Shown: one piece after another, positions 43,957-54,090 of the stretch
Layout: the number at the start of each line of letters is the position of its first letter
Numbering within the stretch: the stretch's first letter is position 1
NCBI GenBank assembly: GCA_963666565.1
Contig: OY762911.1
Coordinates: forward strand, 288,001 to 352,000
Reading direction: 5' to 3'
Length of the DNA: 64,000 nucleotides
From: Thermoanaerobaculia bacterium
Lineage (GTDB): Bacteria; Acidobacteriota; Thermoanaerobaculia; Multivoradales; Multivoraceae
The notes under the pieces: model-generated
Databases searched by the model: none
The model's input: the letters and a program-made list of their open reading frames with translations, nothing else
Told to the model about the DNA's origin: nothing
Program-made: the position numbers and the translations under genes

Positions 43957-43983
43957 CCCGGTCCGCGGCCGATTCGCCGCGAT

Positions 43984-45318
43984 TCAGCCCGACGCCAGCG
44001 GCAGTTCCACTTCGAAGGTGGCCCCCGGGCCGCCGTCGTCCCGCACCCGCGCCTCGCCGCCGTGGGCCACGGCGATGCGGCGGACGATCGCGAGGCCCAG
44101 GCCGGTGCCTCCGCGACGGCCGGAATGGAACAGGTCGAACACCTGCTCCCGCTCCGCGGCATCCACGCCCGGCCCGTTGTCGCTCACCGCGAGCACGACG
44201 GAACCGGGCCGGGCTTCCGCTTCCAGCCGGAGCCGGGGCCGGTCGCAATCGCTCATCGCGGCCACGGCGTTGTCGATCAGGTTGAGCAGCAATTGGTTCA
44301 ACTGTTCGCGGTCGACCTGGAGCGGCGCTCCGCCGGTCCGGTCCTCTATCTCCACCGGGATGCCGGCGGACCGGAGCTTGCCGGCCACGACTTCGGCGCC
44401 GTGGCGCAGCAGTTCGTCGGCGGTGGTCCGTTCGAGCTTCAGTTCGGCCGGGCGCGCGTAGCTCAGGAAATCGGACACGAGCCGCTCCAGGCGGCCGACT
44501 TCGGAGCGCGTGATGGCGACCAGCCGCTGCGAAGAACCGCCGGCGGAGGCTTCGCGGGCCGTCATCTCCTCCTGGAGCATCTGCATGTTCAGGTTCAGCG
44601 AGTTCAGGGGACTGCGGATCTCGTGCGCCAGGCCGGACGCCAGGGTGCCCACATAAGCCATCTGCTCCGCCTCCTGCGCCTGCCGCTCGGCCAGGGCGGT
44701 CCGCCGCGAGAGGCGACCGTACAGAAGGTAGCCCGCCGCGAACAGCGCTACCGTCAGCACCGCGACGATTGCCGTCTGCCGCAACAGTTCGCGGCGCAGC
44801 GTGGCGAGGCGCTGCTGCAGCTCGGTGCTGGAGATTCCGATCTGGAACGTGCCGACGCTTCCCACCGGAACCGAAACGGTTTCGTAAGGCGTCTGGCGGT
44901 TGACCGATTCCGCGACGATGGAAGGCGATTCCAGGTTCGGCGGGCCGTCGCCGTCGGTACGGGTCTCCTCCCGGCGGTTGCGAAACACCAAGTGTCCCTC
45001 GCTGTCGAAGACCTCGACGGTCTCGACGATGTCGCGCTGCACCAGCACGGAGTCGATGTAGCGCCTGGTGTCGGACTCGGTCGCCATCGCCGTGTAGAGG
45101 TCGCGGCCGGTTGCCTCCACCCGGCCGGCGATGCGCTCGGCCAGGTCCTCGGCCTCCGTTCGCGCCTCGACCACGATCCGGGTCACCTCCCGCTCGGACA
45201 GCGACCGGAAGATCAGCCAGCCGAACAGGGCGAGGTCGGCGAGCACGAAGGCGCCGAGCACCGCCGCCCAGATGCGCCGCCGCCGCTGGCGCCGGTCGCT
45301 GCCGATCCAGTCCCACAC
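43984..45318 (-). CDS. Membrane sensor histidine kinase
   Basis: Two TM helices, LAHEIRSPL H-box, NLIDNA, DNGPG, GTGLGL; GTG start inferred. Confidence 0.92.
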   Translation of the reverse strand: MWDWIGSDRRQRRRRIWAAVLGAFVLADLALFGWLIFRSLSEREVTRIVVEARTEAEDLAERIAGRVEATGRDLYTAMATESDTRRYIDSVLVQRDIVETVEVFDSEGHLVFRNRREETRTDGDGPPNLESPSIVAESVNRQTPYETVSVPVGSVGTFQIGISSTELQQRLATLRRELLRQTAIVAVLTVALFAAGYLLYGRLSRRTALAERQAQEAEQMAYVGTLASGLAHEIRSPLNSLNLNMQMLQEEMTAREASAGGSSQRLVAITRSEVGRLERLVSDFLSYARPAELKLERTTADELLRHGAEVVAGKLRSAGIPVEIEDRTGGAPLQVDREQLNQLLLNLIDNAVAAMSDCDRPRLRLEAEARPGSVVLAVSDNGPGVDAAEREQVFDLFHSGRRGGTGLGLAIVRRIAVAHGGEARVRDDGGPGATFEVELPLASG

Positions 45319-45358
45319 GCTCGAACGGTACAAGACGGACGCGGTGTACGATGATTCC

Positions 45359-46945
45359 GTGCTTGCGTTGCGGCTTGGCGCCGGATTGGCCGCCGCCCTC
45401 GTTGCGGGCTGCGCCCCGGACGCCCCGCGCGACACGACGCGCCTGACCGTCGGCATGCGGTTCGAGTATCCGACGCCGAACGAACTGATCGTCCCCCCGA
45501 CCCTCGGCCACAAGGCGATCACCTCCCAGTTCCTGCTGCCGCTGATGGACGAGGAACCCGACTACCGCGAAGGCCCGCCTTCCTGGAATCCGGCCCTGGC
45601 CGAGACGTGGGAGTTCTCGGAGGACCGTCTGGCCCTGACCGTCCGGCTCCGCGCCGGCGCACGGTGGAGCGACGGCCAGCCGGTCACGGCGGACGACGTT
45701 CGCTTCTCCTGGCAGGCGCAGACCGACCCGGACGTCGCCTGGACGTTCGCGACCGCCAAGGAAGCCATCGCCGACGTGGAGGCAGTGGACGAGCGCACCG
45801 TGCGGTTCCGTTTCAGCCGGGCCTCGCCCACGCAACTGGCCGACGCGGCGCCGGAGGCCGTGCTTCCGCGTCATGCCTGGGGAGAGCGGCCGTTCGGCGA
45901 GTGGCGGAGCGACCCGGGCTGGTTCTTCGAGAACCCGGTCGCCAGTGGGCCGTTCCTGATCGAGAACCGCACGCCGGGCCGGGAGCTCGTCCTTGGCCGC
46001 AACCCGGAGTACTTCGAAGCGGACCTGCCGCGGCTCGACCGGGTCGTCCTGCGCACCGCCGCCGACGGCGCCGCGCTCGCGACGCAACTCCTCGCCGGCG
46101 AACTCGACGTGGTCACGGGCATCGGCGCCGCGGACGCGGAGCGCATCGAGGGCCGGCCCGACCTCCGGGTCCACGCCTACTCCAGCCGGCAGTACACGTT
46201 CGTCTCCTGGAACACGGGCCGGCCGCAGTTCGAGGACGCGGCGACCCGGCGGGCGCTGGCACTGGCGGTCGATCGCCAGGCGATCGTCGACACCGTCTGG
46301 CGCGGCTATGCACGGGCCGGCAGCAGCCCGATCCCGTCCGACGTCTGGGCGCGCGACCCGGAGCTCGAACCGTGGCGGCACGACCGGGAGGCCGCCCGCG
46401 CCGCGCTGGCCGAGGCCGGCTGGAGCGACGGCGACGGCGACGGCGTCCTCGAGCGCGGCGGCAAGCCGTTCAGCTTCGAGCTGGCGACCTTCGCCGGCGC
46501 CGCGGCGCGCTGGGACGCGATGCAGATGATCCAGGCCGACCTGCGCGCCGTCGGCATCGACGCCCAGCCCCGGCGCTTCGATCCGAACGCGCTGCTGCCG
46601 CGGCTGCTCGGCAACGACTTCGACGCGGCCGTCGCCGGGTTCGCGATCGACACCAGCCTGGACCTCCGCCCCACCTTTCACAGCGAGTCCATCGGTGGCG
46701 GCCACAACTGGGCCGCCTACGCGAATCCCGAGGTCGACGCGCTGATCGAGAGCGTCGCCGGCCGGCTCGATCCCCAGGCGAGCCTGGAGGACCTGCACCG
46801 GCTGCAGCGCATCCTGCACGACGACCAGCCCATGCTGGTGCTGTGGGAACCGCTGAGCCTGGCGGCGTTCGACGCGGAACTGGAATCCGTGACGCCGAAC
46901 GCGCTGAGCCCGCTCGCGAACCTGGAGGAGTGGGCGTGGCGCTGA
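45359..46945 (+). CDS. Peptide/nickel ABC transporter substrate-binding lipoprotein (family 5)
   Basis: Lipobox VAGC, PALAETW, WSDGQPVTADDV, SGPF. Confidence 0.92.
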   Translation: MLALRLGAGLAAALVAGCAPDAPRDTTRLTVGMRFEYPTPNELIVPPTLGHKAITSQFLLPLMDEEPDYREGPPSWNPALAETWEFSEDRLALTVRLRAGARWSDGQPVTADDVRFSWQAQTDPDVAWTFATAKEAIADVEAVDERTVRFRFSRASPTQLADAAPEAVLPRHAWGERPFGEWRSDPGWFFENPVASGPFLIENRTPGRELVLGRNPEYFEADLPRLDRVVLRTAADGAALATQLLAGELDVVTGIGAADAERIEGRPDLRVHAYSSRQYTFVSWNTGRPQFEDAATRRALALAVDRQAIVDTVWRGYARAGSSPIPSDVWARDPELEPWRHDREAARAALAEAGWSDGDGDGVLERGGKPFSFELATFAGAAARWDAMQMIQADLRAVGIDAQPRRFDPNALLPRLLGNDFDAAVAGFAIDTSLDLRPTFHSESIGGGHNWAAYANPEVDALIESVAGRLDPQASLEDLHRLQRILHDDQPMLVLWEPLSLAAFDAELESVTPNALSPLANLEEWAWR

Positions 46946-46967
46946 TCGTTGCCGGCCGGCCGCGCCG

Positions 46968-47933
46968 GTGATCCGCTTCGTCCTGCGCCGCCTGCTGGCC
47001 GCGGCGGTCCTCTTCCTCATCGTCCTGACCCTGGCCTTCGCCGCGGTGGCGCTGGCGCCCGGCGACCCGCTCGCGCCCTCCGACCCGCGGATACCGCCGG
47101 AGCAGGCGGAGCGGCTGCGCGCGCTCTACGGGCTCGACCAGCCGGTTCCGGTGCAGTACGTCCGCTGGCTGGGCGCCGTCGGCCTGCGCTGGGACTGGGG
47201 GCAGTCCTACCGGACCGGCCAGCCGGTGGCCGACGTCCTGTTCGAGGCCCTGCCGCCCACCCTGCTGCTGGCCGGCGCGGCCCTGCTCGCGCAGTATCTG
47301 CTCGGGATCGGCCTGGGGCTGCTCGCCGCCTTCCGGCCGAACTCGTGGCTCGACCTGGGCGTGCGGGTGGCGAGCCTGGTCGTCTACGCCCTGCCGACGT
47401 TCTGGGTCGGCCTGATGGCGGTGCTCGTGCTGGCGGTGGGGCTGGGCGTGGCGCCGGCCGGCGGCATGACGTCCGCCGCGGCCTTCGAGCTGGGTCCCGC
47501 GGCGGCGGCGCTCGACGTGCTGGCGCATCTCTGGCTGCCGGCGCTGGTGCTCGGCCTTTCGATGGCCGGCGACATCGCCCGCTACACCCGCACTTCGGTG
47601 ATCGAGTTCCAGGCGACGGAGGCGGGCCGCGCGGCGCGGGCTCGCGGCCTGTCCGAATCCCGGATCCTGCTCGTCCACGGTCTCGCTCACGCGGCGCCGC
47701 GTCTGCTGCAGCTCGCCTCGGTCTCGGCGCCGCTCCTGTTGTCGGGGGCGGTGGTGGCCGAGGTCGTCTTCGCCTGGCCCGGCCTGGGGAGCGCGACGCT
47801 TCTGGCGATCCAGTCGCGCGACATTCCCGTGGTGCTCGCGGCGACCGCCTACGGGGCCGTCCTGGTGATCGCCGCGTCGCTGGCCGCCGATCTCCTGCTC
47901 GCCCGGCTTGACCCGAGGATCCGGGCGGAATGA
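46968..47933 (+). CDS. Peptide ABC transporter permease (OppB/DppB-like)
   Basis: APGDP, YGLDQP, ARARGL EAA loop, VFAWPGLG. Confidence 0.92.
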   Translation: MIRFVLRRLLAAAVLFLIVLTLAFAAVALAPGDPLAPSDPRIPPEQAERLRALYGLDQPVPVQYVRWLGAVGLRWDWGQSYRTGQPVADVLFEALPPTLLLAGAALLAQYLLGIGLGLLAAFRPNSWLDLGVRVASLVVYALPTFWVGLMAVLVLAVGLGVAPAGGMTSAAAFELGPAAAALDVLAHLWLPALVLGLSMAGDIARYTRTSVIEFQATEAGRAARARGLSESRILLVHGLAHAAPRLLQLASVSAPLLLSGAVVAEVVFAWPGLGSATLLAIQSRDIPVVLAATAYGAVLVIAASLAADLLLARLDPRIRAE

Positions 47934-48973
47934 GGCGTTCCTCCCTGCCGCCGGCGGCGCGCGCCGGCGCCGGCATCCTGGGCTGTCTGGCGCTGCTGGC
48001 GGCGGCCGCTCCGCTGCTCGCTCCGCGCGACCCGGCCGAGCAACTGGACGCCGCCGAATCGAGCCGGCGGCCGCCGCTGTCGTCCCTGCTCGTCGTGCGC
48101 ACGGTGGACGCCGAACCGCGGTTGGCGGAGAGCGTGACGGTCGAGCGGGGCGACCTCGTCCTGGCGCGGCGCTCGGGTTCGCTGCGCGTACCGCTCGGTT
48201 CCGTGACGAACTACGGCGACGACGGCATCGAAGAGCGCCGGCGGAACTGGCTGGGCACGGACGCCCTGGGCCGCGATGTCCTCTCGCGGTTGCTCCACGG
48301 CGCCCGCGTGTCGCTGACGATCGGCCTGCTCGCCGCCGCTCTCGCGCTGACGGCGGGCACCGTGGTGGGAGCGTGCGCGGCGATCGGCGGGCGCTTCGTC
48401 GACCAGGCGCTGATGCGCGCGGTGGACGGCCTGCTCTGCTTTCCCCATCTGGCGCTGGTGCTGCTGCTGGCGGCGCTCTACCGGCCCAGCACGGCGCTGC
48501 TCGTGCTGCTGATCGGCGGCACCGGCTGGATGGGGCTCGCACGGCTCGTGCGGGCCGAGATCCTGCGGCTGAGAGAGGAACCGTTCGCCCTGGCCGCCGC
48601 CGCCGCGGGCCGCTCGCCGGCCGGCGTCCTCGTCCGCCATCTGCTGCCGAACGCAACGACGCCGCTGCTGGTCGACGCGAGCCTGCGGGTGGGCGCCAGC
48701 ATCCTGGTCGAGTCGGCGCTCTCGTTCCTGGGGCTCGGCGTGCAGCCGCCGCAGCCGAGCTGGGGCTCGATGATCGCGGACGGCCAGAGCCACCTGACGA
48801 CGGCATGGTGGATCGCCGCCTTCCCCGGCCTGATGGTCGCCGCCGCCGTGCTCGGTTCGAGCCTCCTCGCCGACGGCCTGAGCGACCGGCTCGCGGGCCT
48901 GCGGGCCGGCCGCCGCGCACCCTGGGCGTTCCGCACCTGGCTGGGAGTCGACGCCGCGGGGTCGCGGCGTTGA
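47930..48973 (+). CDS. Peptide ABC transporter permease (OppC/DppC-like)
   Basis: LGTDALGRDVLSR, HLLPN, ESALSFLGLG, SWGSMI. Confidence 0.92.
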   Translation: MRRSSLPPAARAGAGILGCLALLAAAAPLLAPRDPAEQLDAAESSRRPPLSSLLVVRTVDAEPRLAESVTVERGDLVLARRSGSLRVPLGSVTNYGDDGIEERRRNWLGTDALGRDVLSRLLHGARVSLTIGLLAAALALTAGTVVGACAAIGGRFVDQALMRAVDGLLCFPHLALVLLLAALYRPSTALLVLLIGGTGWMGLARLVRAEILRLREEPFALAAAAAGRSPAGVLVRHLLPNATTPLLVDASLRVGASILVESALSFLGLGVQPPQPSWGSMIADGQSHLTTAWWIAAFPGLMVAAAVLGSSLLADGLSDRLAGLRAGRRAPWAFRTWLGVDAAGSRR

Positions 48974-48995
48974 CCCGCACGGAAGCGGTCGCCGG

Positions 48996-49183
48996 CCGGT
49001 GCGCGGGTCTTCCGACCCGCCGCCGCCGAAGGCGGCCAGGAGGACGTGCCGGCCGTCAGGCCGGCGCCGCTCGGGTGGGCGTCTCGTCTGGCGCGGTCGC
49101 CGGCCCTGGGCCGGCGGCCCCGTTGTCCGGGCTGCGCCGCTCCGCGGCGCCGCCCGTGAGCGGGTCGGAAGACCCGCGCACCG
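48996..49183. repeat. REPIN/MITE-like element, long variant
   Basis: Terminal IRs CGGTGCGCGGGTCTTCCGACCCGC / GCGGGTCGGAAGACCCGCGCACCG. Confidence 0.9.
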
Positions 49184-49226
49184 ACACCCGGAGACGTGCC
49201 GACACTCCGGCAGAGGCGGGCGAAGC

Positions 49227-50405
49227 GTGACCGGCAGCGAACTCAGGACCTCGGACTTCGACTACGACCTGCCGCCGGAGGCGATCGCTCAGCACGCCGG
49301 CGAACGCGGCGAGAGCCGGCTGCTGGTCCTGGGCCAGGCCGCCGAGGAACGGCTCTTCGCCGAGCTGCCGGACCTGCTCGATCCCGGCGACCTGCTTGTC
49401 GTCAACGACACTTGGGTCATTCCGGCCCGGCTGCGTGCGCGGCGGCCGACGGGCGGGAGCGTGGAGATCCTGCTGATCGAACCGGCGGACGGCGCGCGCC
49501 AACCGGACGGCGAACCGGACAGCGCGCCCGAGCCGCCAGACGCACGCGAACCGGCAGGCGCCGCTTCCTGGTGGTGCCTGCTCCGTCCCGGCCGCCGGCT
49601 GCCGCCGGGCGCGACTCTCACTGTCGAGGGCGGCCCGGCGGCCCGGGTCGAGGAGCGCGCGGACGGGCGCTTCCGGCTCGCCTTCTCGCAGCCGATCGAA
49701 CCCCTGCTGGAAGAGATCGGCAAGACGCCGCTGCCTCCGTACATCGAACGGCCGGCCGAGCCGCGAGACAAGGAGCGCTACCAGACCGTCTACGCCGCGC
49801 AACCCGGCGCCGTCGCGGCGCCGACCGCCGGCCTCCACTTCACGCCGGAACTTCTCGAGGCGCTCGAACGACGCGGAATCCGGCGGGCGACCGTCACCCT
49901 GCACGTCGGCCCCGGCACCTTCCGGCCGGTCAAGACGGAAGACCCGGCGGTGCACGTCATGGACTCCGAACGCTTCGAGATCCCGGTAGCCACGGCCGAG
50001 GCGATCGCCGCCACGCGCCGGCGCGGGGGACGGGTGGTGGCCGTCGGCACGACGGTCGTCCGCTCGCTCGAGACCGCCGCGACCGACGCCCCGGACTGGG
50101 AGCTCTCGGCCGAGCGAGATACGCCGGAGACGCCGGTACCCTCGCCGACCGGTGCGGGAGGTAGCAGCGACGGACCGGTCGCCGCTGGCGCCGGACGAAC
50201 GGAGCTCTACATCCGCCCCGGCTACCGGTTCCGCGTCGTCGACCGCCTGATCACGAACTTCCACCTGCCTCGCTCGACCCTGCTCATGCTGGTCTGCGCG
50301 TTCGCCGGCCGCCGCCGCACGCTCGACGCCTACCGGCAGGCGGCAGCGAGCGGCTTCCGCTTCGCCTCCTACGGCGACGCGATGCTGGTCGACAGGATGC
50401 GGTGA
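49227..50405 (+). CDS. queA: S-adenosylmethionine:tRNA ribosyltransferase-isomerase
   Basis: DFDYDLPPEAIAQ, PLPPYI, AAPTAGLHF, TNFHLPRSTL, SYGDAM. Confidence 0.96.
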   Translation: MTGSELRTSDFDYDLPPEAIAQHAGERGESRLLVLGQAAEERLFAELPDLLDPGDLLVVNDTWVIPARLRARRPTGGSVEILLIEPADGARQPDGEPDSAPEPPDAREPAGAASWWCLLRPGRRLPPGATLTVEGGPAARVEERADGRFRLAFSQPIEPLLEEIGKTPLPPYIERPAEPRDKERYQTVYAAQPGAVAAPTAGLHFTPELLEALERRGIRRATVTLHVGPGTFRPVKTEDPAVHVMDSERFEIPVATAEAIAATRRRGGRVVAVGTTVVRSLETAATDAPDWELSAERDTPETPVPSPTGAGGSSDGPVAAGAGRTELYIRPGYRFRVVDRLITNFHLPRSTLLMLVCAFAGRRRTLDAYRQAAASGFRFASYGDAMLVDRMR

Positions 50406-51130
50406 GCGAGCGCCGCCGCGCCGAAGCCGTTGTCGATGTTGACGACGGCGATGCCCGGCGCGCAGGCCGTCAGCATGGTGAGCAGCGGGCCGATCCCCTC
50501 GAAGCTCGCGCCGTAGCCGACGCTGGTCGGCACCGCGACCACCGGACAGGGCGCCAGGCCGGCGATCACCGTGGGCAGGGCGCCGTCCATTCCCGCCACG
50601 ACCACGGCGACGGCGGCCCGGCGGATGGAATCGACCGAGTCGAGCAGGCGCTGGAGCCCGGCGACGCCGACGTCGCGGATCGATTCGACCTCGTGGCCCA
50701 GCCACTCGGCGCAGACGGCCGCCTCCCGCGCAACCGGGAAGTCGGCGGTACCGGCGCTCACGACGGCGATCCGGCGCCCCGAGGGCGGTCCGAAGCGGCC
50801 GGCGCTCCAGACCCTCGCGCGCGGCTCGAAGCGGCCCTCGGGCAGTGCGGCGCCCAGCAGCGCGGCGGCCTCCGGGCCGACCCGCGTGACCAGCACGCGG
50901 CCCGAGTCCGCCACCATCGCTTCGACGATGCCGACCAGCTCGTCCTCGCTCTTGCCCTGGCCGAAGACGACTTCGGGCAGGCCGCTGCGAAGTTCCCGCT
51001 GGAGGTCGAGCTTGGCGGCGCCCAGGTCGAGGTAGGGCAGGCGGGCCACGCGTTCGTGTGCGGCCTCGGGCGAGACGTCGCCGGTGGCGACGTCCCGAAG
51101 CAGATCGAGGAGCTCGTCTCTCGAGGGCAC
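50369..51130 (-). CDS. larB: Nickel pincer cofactor biosynthesis protein LarB
   Basis: PEVVFGQGK, AGTAD, DVGVAG, AGMDGAL, PTSVGYG, VNIDNGFGAA. Confidence 0.93.
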   Translation of the reverse strand: MPSRDELLDLLRDVATGDVSPEAAHERVARLPYLDLGAAKLDLQRELRSGLPEVVFGQGKSEDELVGIVEAMVADSGRVLVTRVGPEAAALLGAALPEGRFEPRARVWSAGRFGPPSGRRIAVVSAGTADFPVAREAAVCAEWLGHEVESIRDVGVAGLQRLLDSVDSIRRAAVAVVVAGMDGALPTVIAGLAPCPVVAVPTSVGYGASFEGIGPLLTMLTACAPGIAVVNIDNGFGAAALAHRILSTSIASP

Positions 51131-51134
51131 CGGC

Positions 51135-52001
51135 CTACACGGCGTCGGCGCCGCCGCTCCGGTAGCCGCGCGGGTCGAGCGCGGCGCTCTCGAAGCCGAA
51201 CTCGCGCAGGCGCGCCTCGATCTCGCCCCACTGCCGCTCGGCCTCGGGAAGTTCGCCCTGCCCTACTTCGACCCGGGCCGCGGCGCCGTCGTGGCGCACC
51301 CTCAGAACGCGGAAGCCCCGCCCCTGGAGTTCCGCCTCGGCGGCCTCGATCCGGCGGAGCTTGGGCAGGGTGACGAGCTGGCCATGCGGTATCCGCGACG
51401 ACAGGCAGGCGTTCGCGGGCCGGTCCCAGACGGTGAGGCCGAGCGACCGCGCCAGCCGGCGTGCGGCCGCCTTCGTCACGCCGTGCGCCAGCAGCGGGCT
51501 GTAGACCCCCCGCTCGCGCACCGCCCGCAGGCCCGGCCGATCCGGGCCCGGATCGGATGCGTTCGTGCCGTCGCAGACGGTGGCGAAACAGCCGGTTTCC
51601 GCCAGTTCCAGCATGCGGTCCATGCGCAGCCCCTGGCACACGTAGCAGCGATGCCGCGGGTTCGCCCGGAACTCCGGTTCGTCCAGCTCGCTGTAGGTCG
51701 TCACCAGGTGGCGGATGCCGATCTCGGCCGCCAGCCGGCGGGCGTGGTCAAGTTCCGAGCCGGCCAGCGTCTCGGCCGCCGCCGTCACCGCCAGGGCCCG
51801 GCCGCCGAGGGCGCGTTGGGCCAGGGCCGCTACCAGCCCGGAATCGACGCCTCCCGAGAAGGCGACCAGCACGGAGCCGCGACTGCCGAGATCCTCCTCG
51901 AGCGCCCGCAGAAGCCCTGCCGAGTGCGCCGGCTGCCGCGCGGGCCGGCGCTGCGCCCCGGTTCCGCCAGCCCCGGCCGGCGCCGCCGTCAAGTCCACCA
52001 T
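51135..52001 (-). CDS. larE: ATP-dependent sulfur transferase LarE
   Basis: SGGVDS PP-loop, RCYVC, DGTN, RPG, ACLSSRIP, GYRSG. Confidence 0.92.
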   Translation of the reverse strand: MVDLTAAPAGAGGTGAQRRPARQPAHSAGLLRALEEDLGSRGSVLVAFSGGVDSGLVAALAQRALGGRALAVTAAAETLAGSELDHARRLAAEIGIRHLVTTYSELDEPEFRANPRHRCYVCQGLRMDRMLELAETGCFATVCDGTNASDPGPDRPGLRAVRERGVYSPLLAHGVTKAAARRLARSLGLTVWDRPANACLSSRIPHGQLVTLPKLRRIEAAEAELQGRGFRVLRVRHDGAAARVEVGQGELPEAERQWGEIEARLREFGFESAALDPRGYRSGGADAV

Positions 52002-52011
52002 GTCCGCGAGC

Positions 52012-52473
52012 CTATGGTTCCTGGCCCTGATCGTCGCCGCGGCCGAGTTCGAACTTCCGGCGCGGCGCGGCGGTGCCCCGCAGCATGACGGGCACCGCGA
52101 ACAGGGCCGCGTACACGCCGAAGGTCAGAATCGGCACCAGCGGCATCGCCTCGAGCTGTTCGCGCCGGGCCATGGAACGGATCAGGTAGAGCCAGCCCGG
52201 CGGGCCGAACAGGTAGAGCACGAACAGGAGCCGCGTGCGCGCCACCTGCAGGACGAACTGGTCCAGGCTGCGGCCGGCGAAGCGGCGCTCGCGGCCCGAG
52301 CGCTGGACGTAGACGTTGCCGAAGAACCAGCCGGCGAACGCGGCCAGGATGTACAGCGGGTACAGCTCCAGTTCGAAGGTCAGGTTCCACCGCAGGATGC
52401 CGAGTTGGGCCAGGATGCCGACCGACCACGCCGCCAGGCTCGACGACAGGGTGACGGTCTCCAGGCCCTTCAT
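52012..52473 (-). CDS. Hypothetical membrane protein
   Basis: Four hydrophobic segments; lies between gcvH and larE; GGAGG RBS. Confidence 0.65.
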   Translation of the reverse strand: MKGLETVTLSSSLAAWSVGILAQLGILRWNLTFELELYPLYILAAFAGWFFGNVYVQRSGRERRFAGRSLDQFVLQVARTRLLFVLYLFGPPGWLYLIRSMARREQLEAMPLVPILTFGVYAALFAVPVMLRGTAAPRRKFELGRGDDQGQEP

Positions 52474-52495
52474 CGACGCGCCTCCGGCCAAGGCC

Positions 52496-52876
52496 CTAGC
52501 CGGCGGCCAACTGCGCCTCGTAGTCGGCGGCGCTCAGCAGATCGTCCGGCAGGTCGGCGCCGTCCAGCCGCAGCCGGACCAGCCAGCCCTCGCCGTAGGG
52601 GTCCTCGTTGACGAGTTCGGGGGCGTCCTCCAGTCCGACGTTCACGGCCAGGACCGCTCCCGCCACCGGCGTGTAGATCTCCGCCACCGCCTTGACCGAC
52701 TCGATCGCGCCGACCTCGGCGCCGGCCGCGAACTCCAGGTCCGGTGCCGGCAGTTCGACGAACACGACGTCTCCCAGCTCCTGCTGGGCGAAGTCCGTGA
52801 TGCCGAGCACGGCTTCGTCGTCCTCGACCTTGAGCCACTCGTGTTGCGCCGTGTACAGGCGGTCGTCGGGGATCAT
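52496..52876 (-). CDS. gcvH: Glycine cleavage system H protein
   Basis: HEW, GITDFAQ, ESVKA lipoyl-Lys, DPYGEGWL. Confidence 0.96.
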   Translation of the reverse strand: MIPDDRLYTAQHEWLKVEDDEAVLGITDFAQQELGDVVFVELPAPDLEFAAGAEVGAIESVKAVAEIYTPVAGAVLAVNVGLEDAPELVNEDPYGEGWLVRLRLDGADLPDDLLSAADYEAQLAAG

Positions 52877-52892
52877 TGGCACCTCGTATTGC

Positions 52893-54017
52893 TCAGGCGC
52901 CCGCCTTCGGACGCCGGTAGAAAGGTAGTTTGACGATACGGCAGTCGAGTTCCCGGCCGCGAACCGCAACCGTGGCCGCGCTGCCGGGAGCGGGCGGCCC
53001 GGCGTCGCCGCAGTCCAGCCGGGCGATGCCGATGGCCCGGCCCAGCGTGGGCGCGAAGGCGCCGCTGGTCACCGGGCCGGCACAGCCCGGAACATCCCGG
53101 AGCGTCAGGCGATGGCCGTGCCGGGCGATGCCGCGACCGTCGACTTCGAAGCCGACCAGCCGGTGGCGGCAGCCGTCCTCCCGCTGGCGGACAAGGGCGT
53201 CGCGGCCGGCGAACTCGCCCTTCTTCCACTTGACGATCCAGGACAGGCCCGCCTCGATGGGGGTCGTCTCCTCGTCGATGTCCTGGCCGCAGAGCATCAT
53301 CCCGGCTTCGAGCCGGAGCGTGTCGCGAGCGCCCAGGCCCGCCGGAACGAGGCCAACGTCGCGGCCGCGCTCCAGCAGTTCGGCCCACAGATCCTCCGCC
53401 CGGCCGGCGGCGACGTAGATCTCGAAGCCGTCCTCGCCCGTGTAGCCGGTGCGCGACACCAGGCGCCGAGCCTCGTCCTCCGCCGGGCGGTCGCGGAGGA
53501 ACGAGTAGTACCGGAGTTCCGCCGCGGCGGCGCCGACGACGTCCGCGACGATCTCCGCCGCGCGCGGCCCCTGCACGGCGATCAGGGCGGTCTCGTCGCT
53601 CCGGTCGTCGACCCGGACGCCGTCGGCCTCCGCCGCGGCCGCCGCCTCGACGAGTTCCAGGTCGCGCGCCCTCGACGCGGCGTTGACCACGAGGAGGTAG
53701 TCCTCCGGGTCGAGGCAGTAGACGAGCAGGTCGTCGATGAAGGTGCCCCGCTCCGTCAGCAGCGCGCTGTACTGGGCGCGGCACGGCTCGAGCGCGGCGA
53801 CGTCGTTCGGGGTCAACCGCTGGAGGAGGGGCAGCGCCCGCGGCCCGCGCACGCGGATCTCCCCCATGTGGGAGACGTCGAACATCCCGGCGCGCTCGCG
53901 CACCGCGCGGTGCTCGGCGAGCACGCCCTCGTACCGGATCGGCATCTCGTAGCCGGCGAAGGGTCCGAAGCGGGCGCCCGCCTCGACGTGACGCCTGTGC
54001 AGCACCGTCCGTTGCAT
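52893..54017 (-). CDS. gcvT: Glycine cleavage system aminomethyltransferase T
   Basis: FDVSHMG, VQGP, RTGYTGEDGFE, GLGARDTLRLEAG. Confidence 0.96.
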   Translation of the reverse strand: MQRTVLHRRHVEAGARFGPFAGYEMPIRYEGVLAEHRAVRERAGMFDVSHMGEIRVRGPRALPLLQRLTPNDVAALEPCRAQYSALLTERGTFIDDLLVYCLDPEDYLLVVNAASRARDLELVEAAAAAEADGVRVDDRSDETALIAVQGPRAAEIVADVVGAAAAELRYYSFLRDRPAEDEARRLVSRTGYTGEDGFEIYVAAGRAEDLWAELLERGRDVGLVPAGLGARDTLRLEAGMMLCGQDIDEETTPIEAGLSWIVKWKKGEFAGRDALVRQREDGCRHRLVGFEVDGRGIARHGHRLTLRDVPGCAGPVTSGAFAPTLGRAIGIARLDCGDAGPPAPGSAATVAVRGRELDCRIVKLPFYRRPKAGA

Positions 54018-54090
54018 GGTCCCTACCTTGTCACCAGTCGGCCTTCGGCGGTAGGCCTCGACCCACCCCGCGGGCCGGGACGCCCGAACG

